DNA of 64,000 nt from Kiritimatiellia bacterium (GTDB lineage Bacteria; Verrucomicrobiota; Kiritimatiellia; RFP12; UBA1067): NCBI GenBank assembly GCA_046482825.1, contig JAWOEI010000079.1:146-64145 (forward strand), read 5' to 3'. Shown in pieces: positions 26,873 to 35,892 of this stretch (positions within the stretch are counted from its first letter, which is position 1; each line of letters opens with the position of its first letter). The translations under genes were made by a program, and so were the position numbers. The notes beneath the pieces were generated by a model. It did no database searches and had not been told where the DNA came from. It worked only from the letters and a program-made list of their open reading frames with translations.

Positions 26873-28687
26873 GTGAAGAAAAGAAAACTATTCCGGCAGT
26901 TTTTCGGCATACATATAGTGATCCTCTTTCTTTCAGTGGGATTGGTTGCGCTGTACACATGGAAAGAAAGCCGACGAACATTCAAATCACAGTGGATTAA
27001 AGAGCTGCAAGTACAGGCTGATCTTGCTGTGGCCATGTTCGAAGGTGCTGACACAAAACTTAACAGTCGGAAAGAATGTAAACGTTTTTTTGAAAAACTT
27101 TCACGTCTTGACCGTCAGCGTTTCACTCTGATTATGCCAGATGGTTCCGTGATAGGTGACACGATGGCGCCTGTTGACGAGATGGACAGCCACGGGATGC
27201 GTCCTGAGGTTGTGGAGGCTCGTTCTGAAGTGCTGGGGCTTTCAGAACGCTACAGTTCAACGCTGGGCACCAGAATGCTGTATCTCGCTCGGAGGGTTCC
27301 ATCCGATCTGAATCTGCCTGAACAGGCGGTTCTGCGTGTGTCTGTGCCCATGACCACGCTTTCAAAAAAAATCAGCGACACGCGACACGAGATATTTTTT
27401 CCAGTTGCCGTTGTTTTGGTTGCTGCACTTATTATGAGCTATTTTGCCTCACTGCGTATTATCGGACCGGTCTCTGATCTGCAGACAGGTCTCAAACGCA
27501 TCGGCAACGGTGAATACTCTTTCAGACTGAAAATACCCGGTGTCCCGCATCTGGCTGAACTTGTGCGCTCCATAAATCAGACCGCAGATTGTCTGGAAGG
27601 TCATATTCATGAGCTTGAAGAGGAGCGCAACCTGCGCGCACTCATTTTCAAAAGTATGGATCCGGGGCTGATTGCAGTTGATACTGATCGCCGTATTATG
27701 AGTATTAATAACAGTGCTGTGAGACTTCTCAACGTCAACGCAAAAAAAATTGATAACTGTAAATTAGGTGAGGTGGTGCGTTATCCTGAGCTGCTTGAAT
27801 TTTATGATATCAGTGAAAAATCAGAAAAAATAACCGACGCTACTATGCGTATTGATGCGGGGAATGATTCAGATGCGGAAAGGATTCTCACTCTGCAGGC
27901 ATCAGCATTGAAGGATCTGCAGGATCAGCGTATAGGCACACTGATTGTACTCAGCGATATTACCCGTATCTGCAGACTCGAGACTGTCCGTCAGGATTTT
28001 GTTGATAATGTATCCCATGAACTGCGAACCCCGGTCACCTCTATCAAAGGTTTTTCAGAAACCCTTCTTGACGGAGCTCTGCAAGATCCTGAAAATGCCC
28101 GGCATTTTGTCAGTATAATCGCCCGACAGGCTGATCAGCTGGATCAGATCATACGGGATCTGCTTGAACTTTCGCGTCTTGATCAAAGCATGGACAAGGA
28201 TCTGGAGTGTGTCGAAACGCCTGTGGCGGATATGCTCAGGAATTCTGTTGAACTGTGCAGCAACAGAAAGGAAAAGACAGGAGCTGTAATCAAAGTGCTC
28301 TGCGATGAAAGCCTTGTCGCAGATGTTCATCCCGGACTTATAGAGCAGGCTCTGGTCAATCTCATCGACAATGCACTTAAATATGGCTGCTCTGATACAG
28401 GCGGACGTATAGAGATCTCCGCTGACTGTGATGATCTCGCAGTGAGAATCAAGGTGCGCGATTTCGGCAACGGAGTTGAAAAACGTCATCTGGAACGCAT
28501 GTTTGAACGTTTTTACCGAGTGGACAGCGGACGAAGCCGTGAACTGGGCGGAACGGGTTTGGGGCTTGCCATCGTAAAACACATAGTATTGATTCACAAC
28601 GGCTTTGTTGATGTCGAAAGTGAACCCGGTAAAGGAACCTGCTTTACATTGATACTTCCCGTCAGACATCCGACAGACAGCGTTTGA
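26873..28687 (+). CDS. phoR: phosphate-sensing histidine kinase PhoR
   Basis: 604 aa. Two TM helices, HAMP, a PAS-like region, H-box VSHELRTPVTSI and G-box GGTGLGLAIVKH. GTG start 2 nt after the phoB stop. Confidence 0.85.
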   Translation: MKKRKLFRQFFGIHIVILFLSVGLVALYTWKESRRTFKSQWIKELQVQADLAVAMFEGADTKLNSRKECKRFFEKLSRLDRQRFTLIMPDGSVIGDTMAPVDEMDSHGMRPEVVEARSEVLGLSERYSSTLGTRMLYLARRVPSDLNLPEQAVLRVSVPMTTLSKKISDTRHEIFFPVAVVLVAALIMSYFASLRIIGPVSDLQTGLKRIGNGEYSFRLKIPGVPHLAELVRSINQTADCLEGHIHELEEERNLRALIFKSMDPGLIAVDTDRRIMSINNSAVRLLNVNAKKIDNCKLGEVVRYPELLEFYDISEKSEKITDATMRIDAGNDSDAERILTLQASALKDLQDQRIGTLIVLSDITRICRLETVRQDFVDNVSHELRTPVTSIKGFSETLLDGALQDPENARHFVSIIARQADQLDQIIRDLLELSRLDQSMDKDLECVETPVADMLRNSVELCSNRKEKTGAVIKVLCDESLVADVHPGLIEQALVNLIDNALKYGCSDTGGRIEISADCDDLAVRIKVRDFGNGVEKRHLERMFERFYRVDSGRSRELGGTGLGLAIVKHIVLIHNGFVDVESEPGKGTCFTLILPVRHPTDSV

Positions 28688-28693
28688 TAATCA

Positions 28694-30379
28694 TCAGTTT
28701 TTTTCTCCGACAAGAGTTTCACCTATATTCAGCAGATACTCTCTGATACGTGTATAAACACTCAGCATGTCCATGCAGGTGACAACCTTCATAGAGTTGT
28801 CTGAATTATTCTCCAGCCGCTCTATTATATTCGTGCGCGTCTCTTTTATAAGACTTTTGATCTGTGAGTTGTTTGATCTCAGATGAAGTAAAACATCCGG
28901 GGCTTTTGTAAAATCACTGTGCACAGCCTCATTGATAATTTCACAGAATTCATAGACTCTGTCATGCACTGACAGCAGGTTCATGCGGACATCATCTGAA
29001 AGAACCAGTTTGTTTTTATGTTTCCGTTTAAGTATTTTCAGCAGTGAAGCTACATCATCACTGATCGATTCGAATTCGTCTGTGACACGCAGCAGAACCC
29101 TTGCCTGCAGTGCCACATCCTGCGGCAGCCTCCCTGTCATAATTTTTCCGAGATATTCAGTTATTTCACGTTGTACATTATCCAGGATATCTTCGCGGTG
29201 AAATATATGATTCTGCAGATCTTCATCGACTTTTCCCTGAAGAAGCTGTCTGAAAGTCCGGAGAAGATCAATATTGCTGTCACCCATAAAAGAGACTTCT
29301 TTAGCCGCCTGTTCAAGAGCAAGAACAGGAGTTGCTACAATTCTTTCGTCCAGTACTGTCAGACGGGGAACTTCTTTCATACGGGCATCCGGAACAATCC
29401 GTGCCACAAGTTTTGCAAACTGGCAGACAAAAGGAATGAATATCAATGTGTTGGTCACATTAAAACCTGTATGCAGGTATGCGATAACCGTATCGATATT
29501 TGTAAAGAGTGTTTTTCCTTCGACGGTTTCCGCTACAAGCAGCTTTTCCATGCCGGGGACAATCAGGGTAAGGAAAAAAGGCATCACAACCAGAACCCCC
29601 ATGATGTTGAACATCGAATGCGCCAGGGCGGCTCTTTTGGCTTCTGTGGTTCCGCTGAGTGATGCGAGCCATGCTGTTAAAGTTGTACCTATGTTCATGC
29701 CCAGCACCGATGCGGCCGCCGTATCGAACCCTATAACTCCAGTGCTGGCCAATCCCATTGTGATAGCTGTAGTTGCCGATGAAGACTGGAGCACAGCGGT
29801 GAAAATCGCACTGACTGTAATGCACTTCAAGAGACCGAAAAAGGTTCGTGCCTCGAGTAAAGAAAACCAGCCTCTTACCGCATCATCGGCAGCTATAGGC
29901 TTCATGCCGGATTTCATCGTGAAAAGACCGTAGAAAATCAGACCGAGAGCCAGAAAAACAAGTCCGGTGTTTTTAATACGTTCACGCTTTGAAAACAGAT
30001 AAACAAGTGCCGATACAGCGATAAGCCCCATTCCCAGTTTTTCAGCTGAAGGGAGCACAGCTATAATCCAGGCGGTGGCCGTTGTGCCGATATTCGCTCC
30101 GATAATTACATTGATGGCCTGAGGCAGGGTCATTAGACTTGTACTCACAAATCCTACTACCATTGCAGTGACAATGGAGCTGGACTGAATGATTGAAGTG
30201 ACAAATGCACCTGTGGTTACACCGGCAAAGCGGTTTGTGGTTGCTGTCGCGACAAGTTTGCGAAGACGATTGCCCGCTATGGCCTGAAGTCCCTCTGAAA
30301 GATTGTTCATTCCCAGCAGAAACAATCCGAGGCCTCCGAAAACTTTGAGGACAACAAGCACACCATCAATCTGATGCAT
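28694..30379 (-). CDS. Na+/phosphate cotransporter family protein (NptA/YjbB-like) with C-terminal PhoU-like helical domain
   Basis: Duplicated GANIGTT motif (IGANIGTTATAW, GMNIGTTLTAW) and a C-terminal helical region of about 200 aa. I prefer the ATG at 30379 (MHQIDG, SD GGAG). Confidence 0.82.
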   Translation of the reverse strand: MHQIDGVLVVLKVFGGLGLFLLGMNNLSEGLQAIAGNRLRKLVATATTNRFAGVTTGAFVTSIIQSSSIVTAMVVGFVSTSLMTLPQAINVIIGANIGTTATAWIIAVLPSAEKLGMGLIAVSALVYLFSKRERIKNTGLVFLALGLIFYGLFTMKSGMKPIAADDAVRGWFSLLEARTFFGLLKCITVSAIFTAVLQSSSATTAITMGLASTGVIGFDTAAASVLGMNIGTTLTAWLASLSGTTEAKRAALAHSMFNIMGVLVVMPFFLTLIVPGMEKLLVAETVEGKTLFTNIDTVIAYLHTGFNVTNTLIFIPFVCQFAKLVARIVPDARMKEVPRLTVLDERIVATPVLALEQAAKEVSFMGDSNIDLLRTFRQLLQGKVDEDLQNHIFHREDILDNVQREITEYLGKIMTGRLPQDVALQARVLLRVTDEFESISDDVASLLKILKRKHKNKLVLSDDVRMNLLSVHDRVYEFCEIINEAVHSDFTKAPDVLLHLRSNNSQIKSLIKETRTNIIERLENNSDNSMKVVTCMDMLSVYTRIREYLLNIGETLVGEKN

Positions 30380-30632
30380 ATGATAACTCCTTTTGCTGTT
30401 AAATAAATCGGGTCGCATTTTAGCAGGATTGAATTTCTTTGGAAAGACGTTAACTGCTTAAAAAACCGGATATGCAGTAAAAAGAAAATCTAATGTTGCT
30501 TTACAGCCGCGGATTATTTAATATATATAAGTTTTTATTGCACCAGTGCAGAATTTGTTTATAACTGCCTGGAGGCGTATCATGTTTTATGCGCAAACGC
30601 ATAAAGTTTTAATCAGTAAGGGAAGTGTTAAT

Positions 30633-32048
30633 ATGAACAGACGTAATTTTCTTAAAGGTTCAGCTCTGACTGCTGCCGCACTCGGTTTCACCGGTTGTGA
30701 TACATTCTGCGGATCATTCAGTTATCCCGCCATAACAACAGTTGCTCCCAAATTCCGTAAACCGGGAGAAAAACTTAATATCGGTGTTATAGGTGTAGGC
30801 GGCAAAGGCTGGAGTGACTGGACACCGATGCTGAAAAACGGCGAGAACATTGTCGCTTTATGCGATGTTGACCGGAACTATGTGGATAAAGGTGTTGCGG
30901 AAATCAAAAAAACCGACTCTTCAGCTGATGTCAAGCGCTACAGCGATTACCGCAGGATGCTTGATGATATCGGCGACAAGCTGGATGCTGTCACTATCTC
31001 GACTCCGGATCATACCCACGCTCCCGCCGCTATACGCTCAATGAAGATGGGGTGTAGCTGTTTCGTCCAGAAACCTCTTGTACGTACAATCTGGGAAGCC
31101 CGTTATTTTGAAAAAGTAGCCAAGGCCAGCGGTGTCATCACACAGATGGGTAACCAGGGAAGTGCTGGCGACGGGTTCCGTCGCAACGTGGAGCTGCTTC
31201 AGGCCGGTATCCTGGGAAATGTTTCGGAGGTGCATGTCTGGACCAACCGCCCTGTGTGGCCCCAGGGAATCGGTCGTCCCGAAGGCTCTGATCCTGTCCC
31301 CGAGACTCTCAACTGGGATTGCTGGCTCGGTACAGCTCCGGTGCGTCCTTATAAAAAGGATGCTTATCATCGTTTCAACTGGCGCGGTTTCTTTGATTTC
31401 GGAACAGGCGCATTCGGCGATATGGCCTGTCATACAATGAATCTTCCTTATCGCGGCCTGAATCTGAAGGATGTAGTAGCTGCTGAATGTCAGATGATTG
31501 AGGGTAAAAACAATGAAACCTACCCGAACAAGAGCATTGTGAAAATGACCTATGCGAAACGCTGGGGTATGCCTGAAGTCGATCTTTTCTGGTATGACGG
31601 CAAAGAAAAACCGTCAGCTGATATAATGCCGCAGGTAATCGCAACACTCGGAGCTGTACCGAAAACAGGCTGCCTGATTATCGGTGACAAAGGTGTGATG
31701 TGTTCCACCAATGATAACGGCCAGGAGGCTTATGTGGCGCTCAAGGGTGAGAAGAAAATGAAGTCCGCCAAGAAGCATCCAGCACTGGTAGATATTCCTC
31801 AAAGCCTTGAACGCTGCGGATCAAATCACTATGTTGAATTTGTCAATGCGGTCAAGGGGATAGAAAACAACTACTGCGATATTGATCACTCGGTTCCTAT
31901 GCTGGAAGGTATGCTTGTAGGATGCATTGCTCAGCAGGTTCCCGGCAGACTTATATGGAACAGCCGCAGACAGAAATTCACCGGCGGTAATGTTGCTCCA
32001 GCCAACGATCTGCTTATACCTTATACCCGCAGAGGTTTTGAGTTCTGA
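30633..32048 (+). CDS. Gfo/Idh/MocA-family oxidoreductase with TAT signal (paralogue of 18159..19532)
   Basis: I prefer the ATG at 30633. TAT signal MNRRNFLKGSALTAAALGFTGC. Rossmann segment IGVIGVGGKG. A long block is collinear with the 18159 gene (NRPxWPQGxxRPEGSDPVPExLxWD). Confidence 0.8.
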   Translation: MNRRNFLKGSALTAAALGFTGCDTFCGSFSYPAITTVAPKFRKPGEKLNIGVIGVGGKGWSDWTPMLKNGENIVALCDVDRNYVDKGVAEIKKTDSSADVKRYSDYRRMLDDIGDKLDAVTISTPDHTHAPAAIRSMKMGCSCFVQKPLVRTIWEARYFEKVAKASGVITQMGNQGSAGDGFRRNVELLQAGILGNVSEVHVWTNRPVWPQGIGRPEGSDPVPETLNWDCWLGTAPVRPYKKDAYHRFNWRGFFDFGTGAFGDMACHTMNLPYRGLNLKDVVAAECQMIEGKNNETYPNKSIVKMTYAKRWGMPEVDLFWYDGKEKPSADIMPQVIATLGAVPKTGCLIIGDKGVMCSTNDNGQEAYVALKGEKKMKSAKKHPALVDIPQSLERCGSNHYVEFVNAVKGIENNYCDIDHSVPMLEGMLVGCIAQQVPGRLIWNSRRQKFTGGNVAPANDLLIPYTRRGFEF

Positions 32049-32087
32049 TTTGAGTAATACTTCAATCAGAAAAATGTTTCCAAGCTA

Positions 32088-32118
32088 AAAAACCGCTGGC
32101 AATGCCGGCGGTTTTTTA
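32088..32118 (+). terminator. rho-independent terminator
   Basis: Stem AAACCGCTGG (32090-32099) / CCGGCGGTTT (32105-32114) with one G-U pair and loop CAATG, followed by a T-run. Confidence 0.7.
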
Positions 32119-32187
32119 TTCGCTGAATTGCTGCACCAATAATTGCGGATCAGGTACAGCACATTACACAGATTTGCTGATATCTAT

Positions 32188-32221
32188 AAAAAAAAAGGAC
32201 ACCATTCGGTGTCCTTTTTTC
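32188..32221. terminator. bidirectional rho-independent terminator
   Basis: Perfect stem GGACACC (32197-32203) / GGTGTCC (32208-32214) with loop ATTC. Flanked by an A9 run on the left and a T7 run on the right. It sits 12 nt beyond the stop of the minus-strand gene 32234..33382. Confidence 0.75.
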
Positions 32222-32233
32222 AATTCAGCAAAC

Positions 32234-33382
32234 TCAGATTTTAGTCCAGACGTTGCCGTTTTTAGTTGAATCCACTACAGCACGTATGAATTTCATTCCG
32301 CGCACTCCAGCCTCTATGCCGGGGAAATCTTTCTCAAGGTCAGTGGCTTTGCGGTTGGCTTTTCTCGCGCGTATCGTATCCGCAAAATTACAGTAGTTGT
32401 TGGCGAAAGCCTCGAGGAATCCTTCAGGATGTCCACCGGGTATGCGGGTGCCTCTCGCGGCGGCTTCCGATTTATCAGAAACATAGGGCTGACCGCGCTT
32501 CCAGATTTCTTCAGGTGCGGTCTGGCTGAGAACATGCAGATAGTTTGGATTCTCCTGATGCCAGTGCAGGGCTTTCTCTTCACCGTATATCCAGATAGCA
32601 AGGTTGTTCTCCTCACCTACTGCGATCTGGCTGGCATGCAGAAGGCCTCTGGCTCCCTTGCTGAATCGCAGAAGAACGTTTCCGTCATCATCCAGTTTCC
32701 GTCCTTTAACAAAAGCGTTAAGATCGGAAAGAACCTGTGTTATCTTGAGACCCGTCACATATTCAGCCAGATTGGCAGCATGGGTTCCTATATCTCCCAT
32801 GCAGCCTGCGACGCCGGAAGTTTTGGGATCAGTGCGCCAGATCTGAGTGGATTTTTCAAAGGCCTGATAGAGCCAGCCCTGGGGATACTGAACAACAACC
32901 TTGCGGACTTTACCGAGGTCTCCCTGGCTGACCATGTCTTTAGCAAGTTTGATCATCGGGTATGCTGTATAGTTGTGCATCAGTCCGAATACCTTGCGTG
33001 ATTTCCGGGTCACGGCTTTCAATTCTTCAGCTTCTTCAACTGTAAGTGTCATGGGCTTTTCACACATAACGTTGAAACCTGCTTCCAGCGCAGCCTTGGC
33101 AATAGGAAAATGAGTATGGTTGGGTGTGCATACAGCTACGAAATCAATGCGCTCTTCTTCAGGAAGCTCGAGCTCTTTTTCAATCATTTCGGTATAAGTT
33201 CTATATACACGTGATTTGTCCATTCCGAGGTTCCTGCCCTGTTTAAGACTCATCTTAGGGTCAATATCAAAGGCACCTGCAACAACCCGGATGTAACCAT
33301 CCATACGTGCTGCTTTACGATGAACCTCTCCAATGAAAGCGCCGATTCCGCCTCCTGCCATTCCCATTTTAAGGATCTGCAT
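32234..33382 (-). CDS. Gfo/Idh/MocA-family oxidoreductase (cytoplasmic)
   Basis: 382 aa with no signal peptide. N-terminal Rossmann MGMAGGGIGAFIG. SD AGGAGA. Confidence 0.8.
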   Translation of the reverse strand: MQILKMGMAGGGIGAFIGEVHRKAARMDGYIRVVAGAFDIDPKMSLKQGRNLGMDKSRVYRTYTEMIEKELELPEEERIDFVAVCTPNHTHFPIAKAALEAGFNVMCEKPMTLTVEEAEELKAVTRKSRKVFGLMHNYTAYPMIKLAKDMVSQGDLGKVRKVVVQYPQGWLYQAFEKSTQIWRTDPKTSGVAGCMGDIGTHAANLAEYVTGLKITQVLSDLNAFVKGRKLDDDGNVLLRFSKGARGLLHASQIAVGEENNLAIWIYGEEKALHWHQENPNYLHVLSQTAPEEIWKRGQPYVSDKSEAAARGTRIPGGHPEGFLEAFANNYCNFADTIRARKANRKATDLEKDFPGIEAGVRGMKFIRAVVDSTKNGNVWTKI

Positions 33383-33495
33383 AATTTGTCTCCTGATTTG
33401 TTAAGTCCACTTTGAACTGTGTCATTACGAAAGCTGTTGGCATATTACAGTTTTCGTAATTCAATGTGAAGTAAAAAACAGCAGCTGTTCCGGTG

Positions 33496-34680
33496 TTATA
33501 AAGAAGGAACAGGGGGAACAACAATTCTGCTCCATTTTTCCGGCTGTGCTTCGTCCTCTTTGATAAGCGTGTTCTTTAAAACAGTTTCAATAAATGTAAC
33601 TGCGCGCAGGCCGCGTGAAACTGGTGCGAATGTTATGTCTTCCGTATTCATCCCGGGGTTCCTGAGATATTCAAAAAAACTTTTGTAACAGTCGGCAAGT
33701 GCATCAATGTAGGCCTGCTCATACCCGAAGGGAGCGGGTTCACCCGATGTGTCCAGTTCTTTAAAGGCCGTTCCTCCGCTGAAGATTTCCTCTCTGCCTT
33801 CAAAATTTCTTTTGGTAAGTCTGTCGGGACAACGCTGCCTCCATTCAAGTGAGGCTTTATCTCCATAAATTCTGACGACTATTCCGTCCTTCAGGCCTGT
33901 TGCTATCTGACTTGTCAGAAAAACTGCCCGTGCTCCGTTTGAAAGACGCGCCATTACTGTGGCATCGTCATCCAGAATACGACCGGCAATGGATGCATGC
34001 AGATCCGCGTTTATTTCGGTGACCTCCAGCCCGGTCAGCCATTCGGCAATATAAAAACAGTGAGATGCATGATCGACCATGCACCCGACCGGACCGCAGC
34101 GTCGCGGATCTGTACGCCAGCTGGCTTGTTTATGTCCGTCTGTCTCAAGGCGCTTAGCCATCCATCCAAGCTGATACTCTATCACCACCTTGCGGATGTT
34201 GCCGACAGCAAGCTCATCATGAATGAGTCTGTGCGCTTCTCTGAGCATGGGGTAGCCCGCATACGGAACCGCTATCCCGTAGATGATATTTTCATCCCGC
34301 ACCCTGCGGTTCAGATTCAGCGCTTCATCCAGATTGCTTGTAAAAGGCTTCTCACTGAAAATCGGCAGACGGGCATCAATAGACGACATTGCTACCGGAT
34401 AATGCATTGTATTAGGAGTAAGAATAACAGTCAGCTGCATACGCTCTTTTGCGGATACTGTCCGCTCACGTCGAAACATATCGCGATAAGTTCCGTATAT
34501 TCTTTTCAGCGGAAGATCCAGTTTTTTACCTGATTCAAAAGAACTGTGTCGCGTGCTTCCGAATGAACCGCATACAATTTCGCCTTCACCTGACTGTTCC
34601 AGAGCTTTAAGGTGAACTTTACCCATGAAAGAATTCTCGCCGCCTCCAACTATTCCCAGGCGTATCCGTTCGTTGTTCAT
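33496..34680 (-). CDS. Gfo/Idh/MocA-family oxidoreductase (cytoplasmic)
   Basis: 394 aa. N-terminal Rossmann LGIVGGGENSFMG. Overall layout is similar to the downstream gene. Confidence 0.8.
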   Translation of the reverse strand: MNNERIRLGIVGGGENSFMGKVHLKALEQSGEGEIVCGSFGSTRHSSFESGKKLDLPLKRIYGTYRDMFRRERTVSAKERMQLTVILTPNTMHYPVAMSSIDARLPIFSEKPFTSNLDEALNLNRRVRDENIIYGIAVPYAGYPMLREAHRLIHDELAVGNIRKVVIEYQLGWMAKRLETDGHKQASWRTDPRRCGPVGCMVDHASHCFYIAEWLTGLEVTEINADLHASIAGRILDDDATVMARLSNGARAVFLTSQIATGLKDGIVVRIYGDKASLEWRQRCPDRLTKRNFEGREEIFSGGTAFKELDTSGEPAPFGYEQAYIDALADCYKSFFEYLRNPGMNTEDITFAPVSRGLRAVTFIETVLKNTLIKEDEAQPEKWSRIVVPPVPSL

Positions 34681-34785
34681 AATAAAATCCTGTTAAATGT
34701 AAAAATAAAAAAAGATAGAGCCATAACCAACATACTCTGATCGTTGTTATCATAACAATTTAATAATATTTCTACCAGTAAAACA

Positions 34786-35565
34786 TTACAGTTCTTTTAT
34801 GATAAGCAATGCCATAGCAGTGTTCATAATTGTATCGTCAGAATTTTTTCCCGGCCAGCTCCCTCCGCCATCGGAACCTATTTTCTGGCTGCTGATCAAC
34901 CTGTGTGCGTATATTCTCCGCCAGTCTATCGGATTGCCGTTTCTGTCTGACACTTGACGGCCTGCTCTGTTTATGCTTCTGGCTTTGAGCCACATCTTCA
35001 GATAAGATAAGTATTTATCGGAAAAATCTGTATCATCAGTTTTTATTACGGCAGAGTCTGCGGTATTGCAGGGGGGTGATACCGAAAGAAGGATTTCGTT
35101 TACCAAACTCAGAGAAATTCCCTCAAGATTTTTTTTCCGTCTGATAAGACATTCACGATTTTTCCTGAGTAGTGCTTTATATCTGCCGCCGGTATCGGCA
35201 ACGGCAACGGCTGCGTATTGCCAGGCGGCTGAATGTATGGTTGTATCATAATTACCGCTACTGTTATCCGTCAACCATTTTAATGCATGAAAAACCACAT
35301 TGCCGGCTCCTTTATGTGAAAGTGCCAGCATAACAACGGGGGTGCATTCCGCAGGATTTTTTTCACCGAAACTGCCGTTGCTGTTCTGTTTTTTTTTCAA
35401 CCAGTCGGCTCCTATATCTTCGGTATGTTCAAGTTCGTTGATAATTGATTGATCCAGTCTGTCGCCCGGTTCTCTGAACTTCAGGACAGTGAGGTCCTGT
35501 CGCGCTGCCGCCACGTGACTCATAGCAAAAAAGAGACTGATTATACTTATGACCGTTGTTTTCAA
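34786..35565 (-). CDS. hypothetical secreted protein, possibly with prenyltransferase/terpene-cyclase-like alpha-alpha repeats
   Basis: ORF 34786..35634. I prefer the TTG at 35565 (GGAGG plus 6 nt), which gives signal peptide LKTTVISIISLFFAMSHVAAA. Repeat hints are QNSNGSFGE and GSDGGGSWPG. Confidence 0.45.
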   Translation of the reverse strand: MKTTVISIISLFFAMSHVAAARQDLTVLKFREPGDRLDQSIINELEHTEDIGADWLKKKQNSNGSFGEKNPAECTPVVMLALSHKGAGNVVFHALKWLTDNSSGNYDTTIHSAAWQYAAVAVADTGGRYKALLRKNRECLIRRKKNLEGISLSLVNEILLSVSPPCNTADSAVIKTDDTDFSDKYLSYLKMWLKARSINRAGRQVSDRNGNPIDWRRIYAHRLISSQKIGSDGGGSWPGKNSDDTIMNTAMALLIIKEL

Positions 35566-35892
35566 ATCATTCCTCCACTGATTCAAATATGCCTGCAGAT
35601 GTATTCCCCATACATGCGTATCCGATCTGTACACTACTGAACATCAGCAGCCGCTTCAACTCTCTTTATTTTATGAGAGAAATCATACTGCAAGCAGAAC
35701 AATGCTATGATACAAAAAAAGTGCATTGTTTTTGAGCACTTTTTTATCTGTGCATTCATGTTGGAATGAAAGTTTTCTTTCTGAGTATGTCCGTATTGTT
35801 TTATTTTAATAACTCCGGAATCTACAAGTGTCTTGTTTTTCAGTTCGGAAAATGCTTTTATAACGCGCATGAATTATTAGAGGAATGATTAC

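Noticed and set aside
28055-29933. Long ORFs antisense to phoR (28055..28669, minus) and to the Na/Pi cotransporter (29171..29662 and 29274..29933, plus)
   Set aside because: These are shadow ORFs opposite genes with clear H-box/G-box and GANIGTT motifs. They have no independent signals.
35634-35870. A 78-aa minus-strand ORF in the AT-rich gap before 35893
   Set aside because: It has no SD and lies in a probable promoter region that contains an A/T-flanked hairpin (35721-35739). Its composition is typical of random AT-rich ORFs. A small protein cannot be fully excluded.
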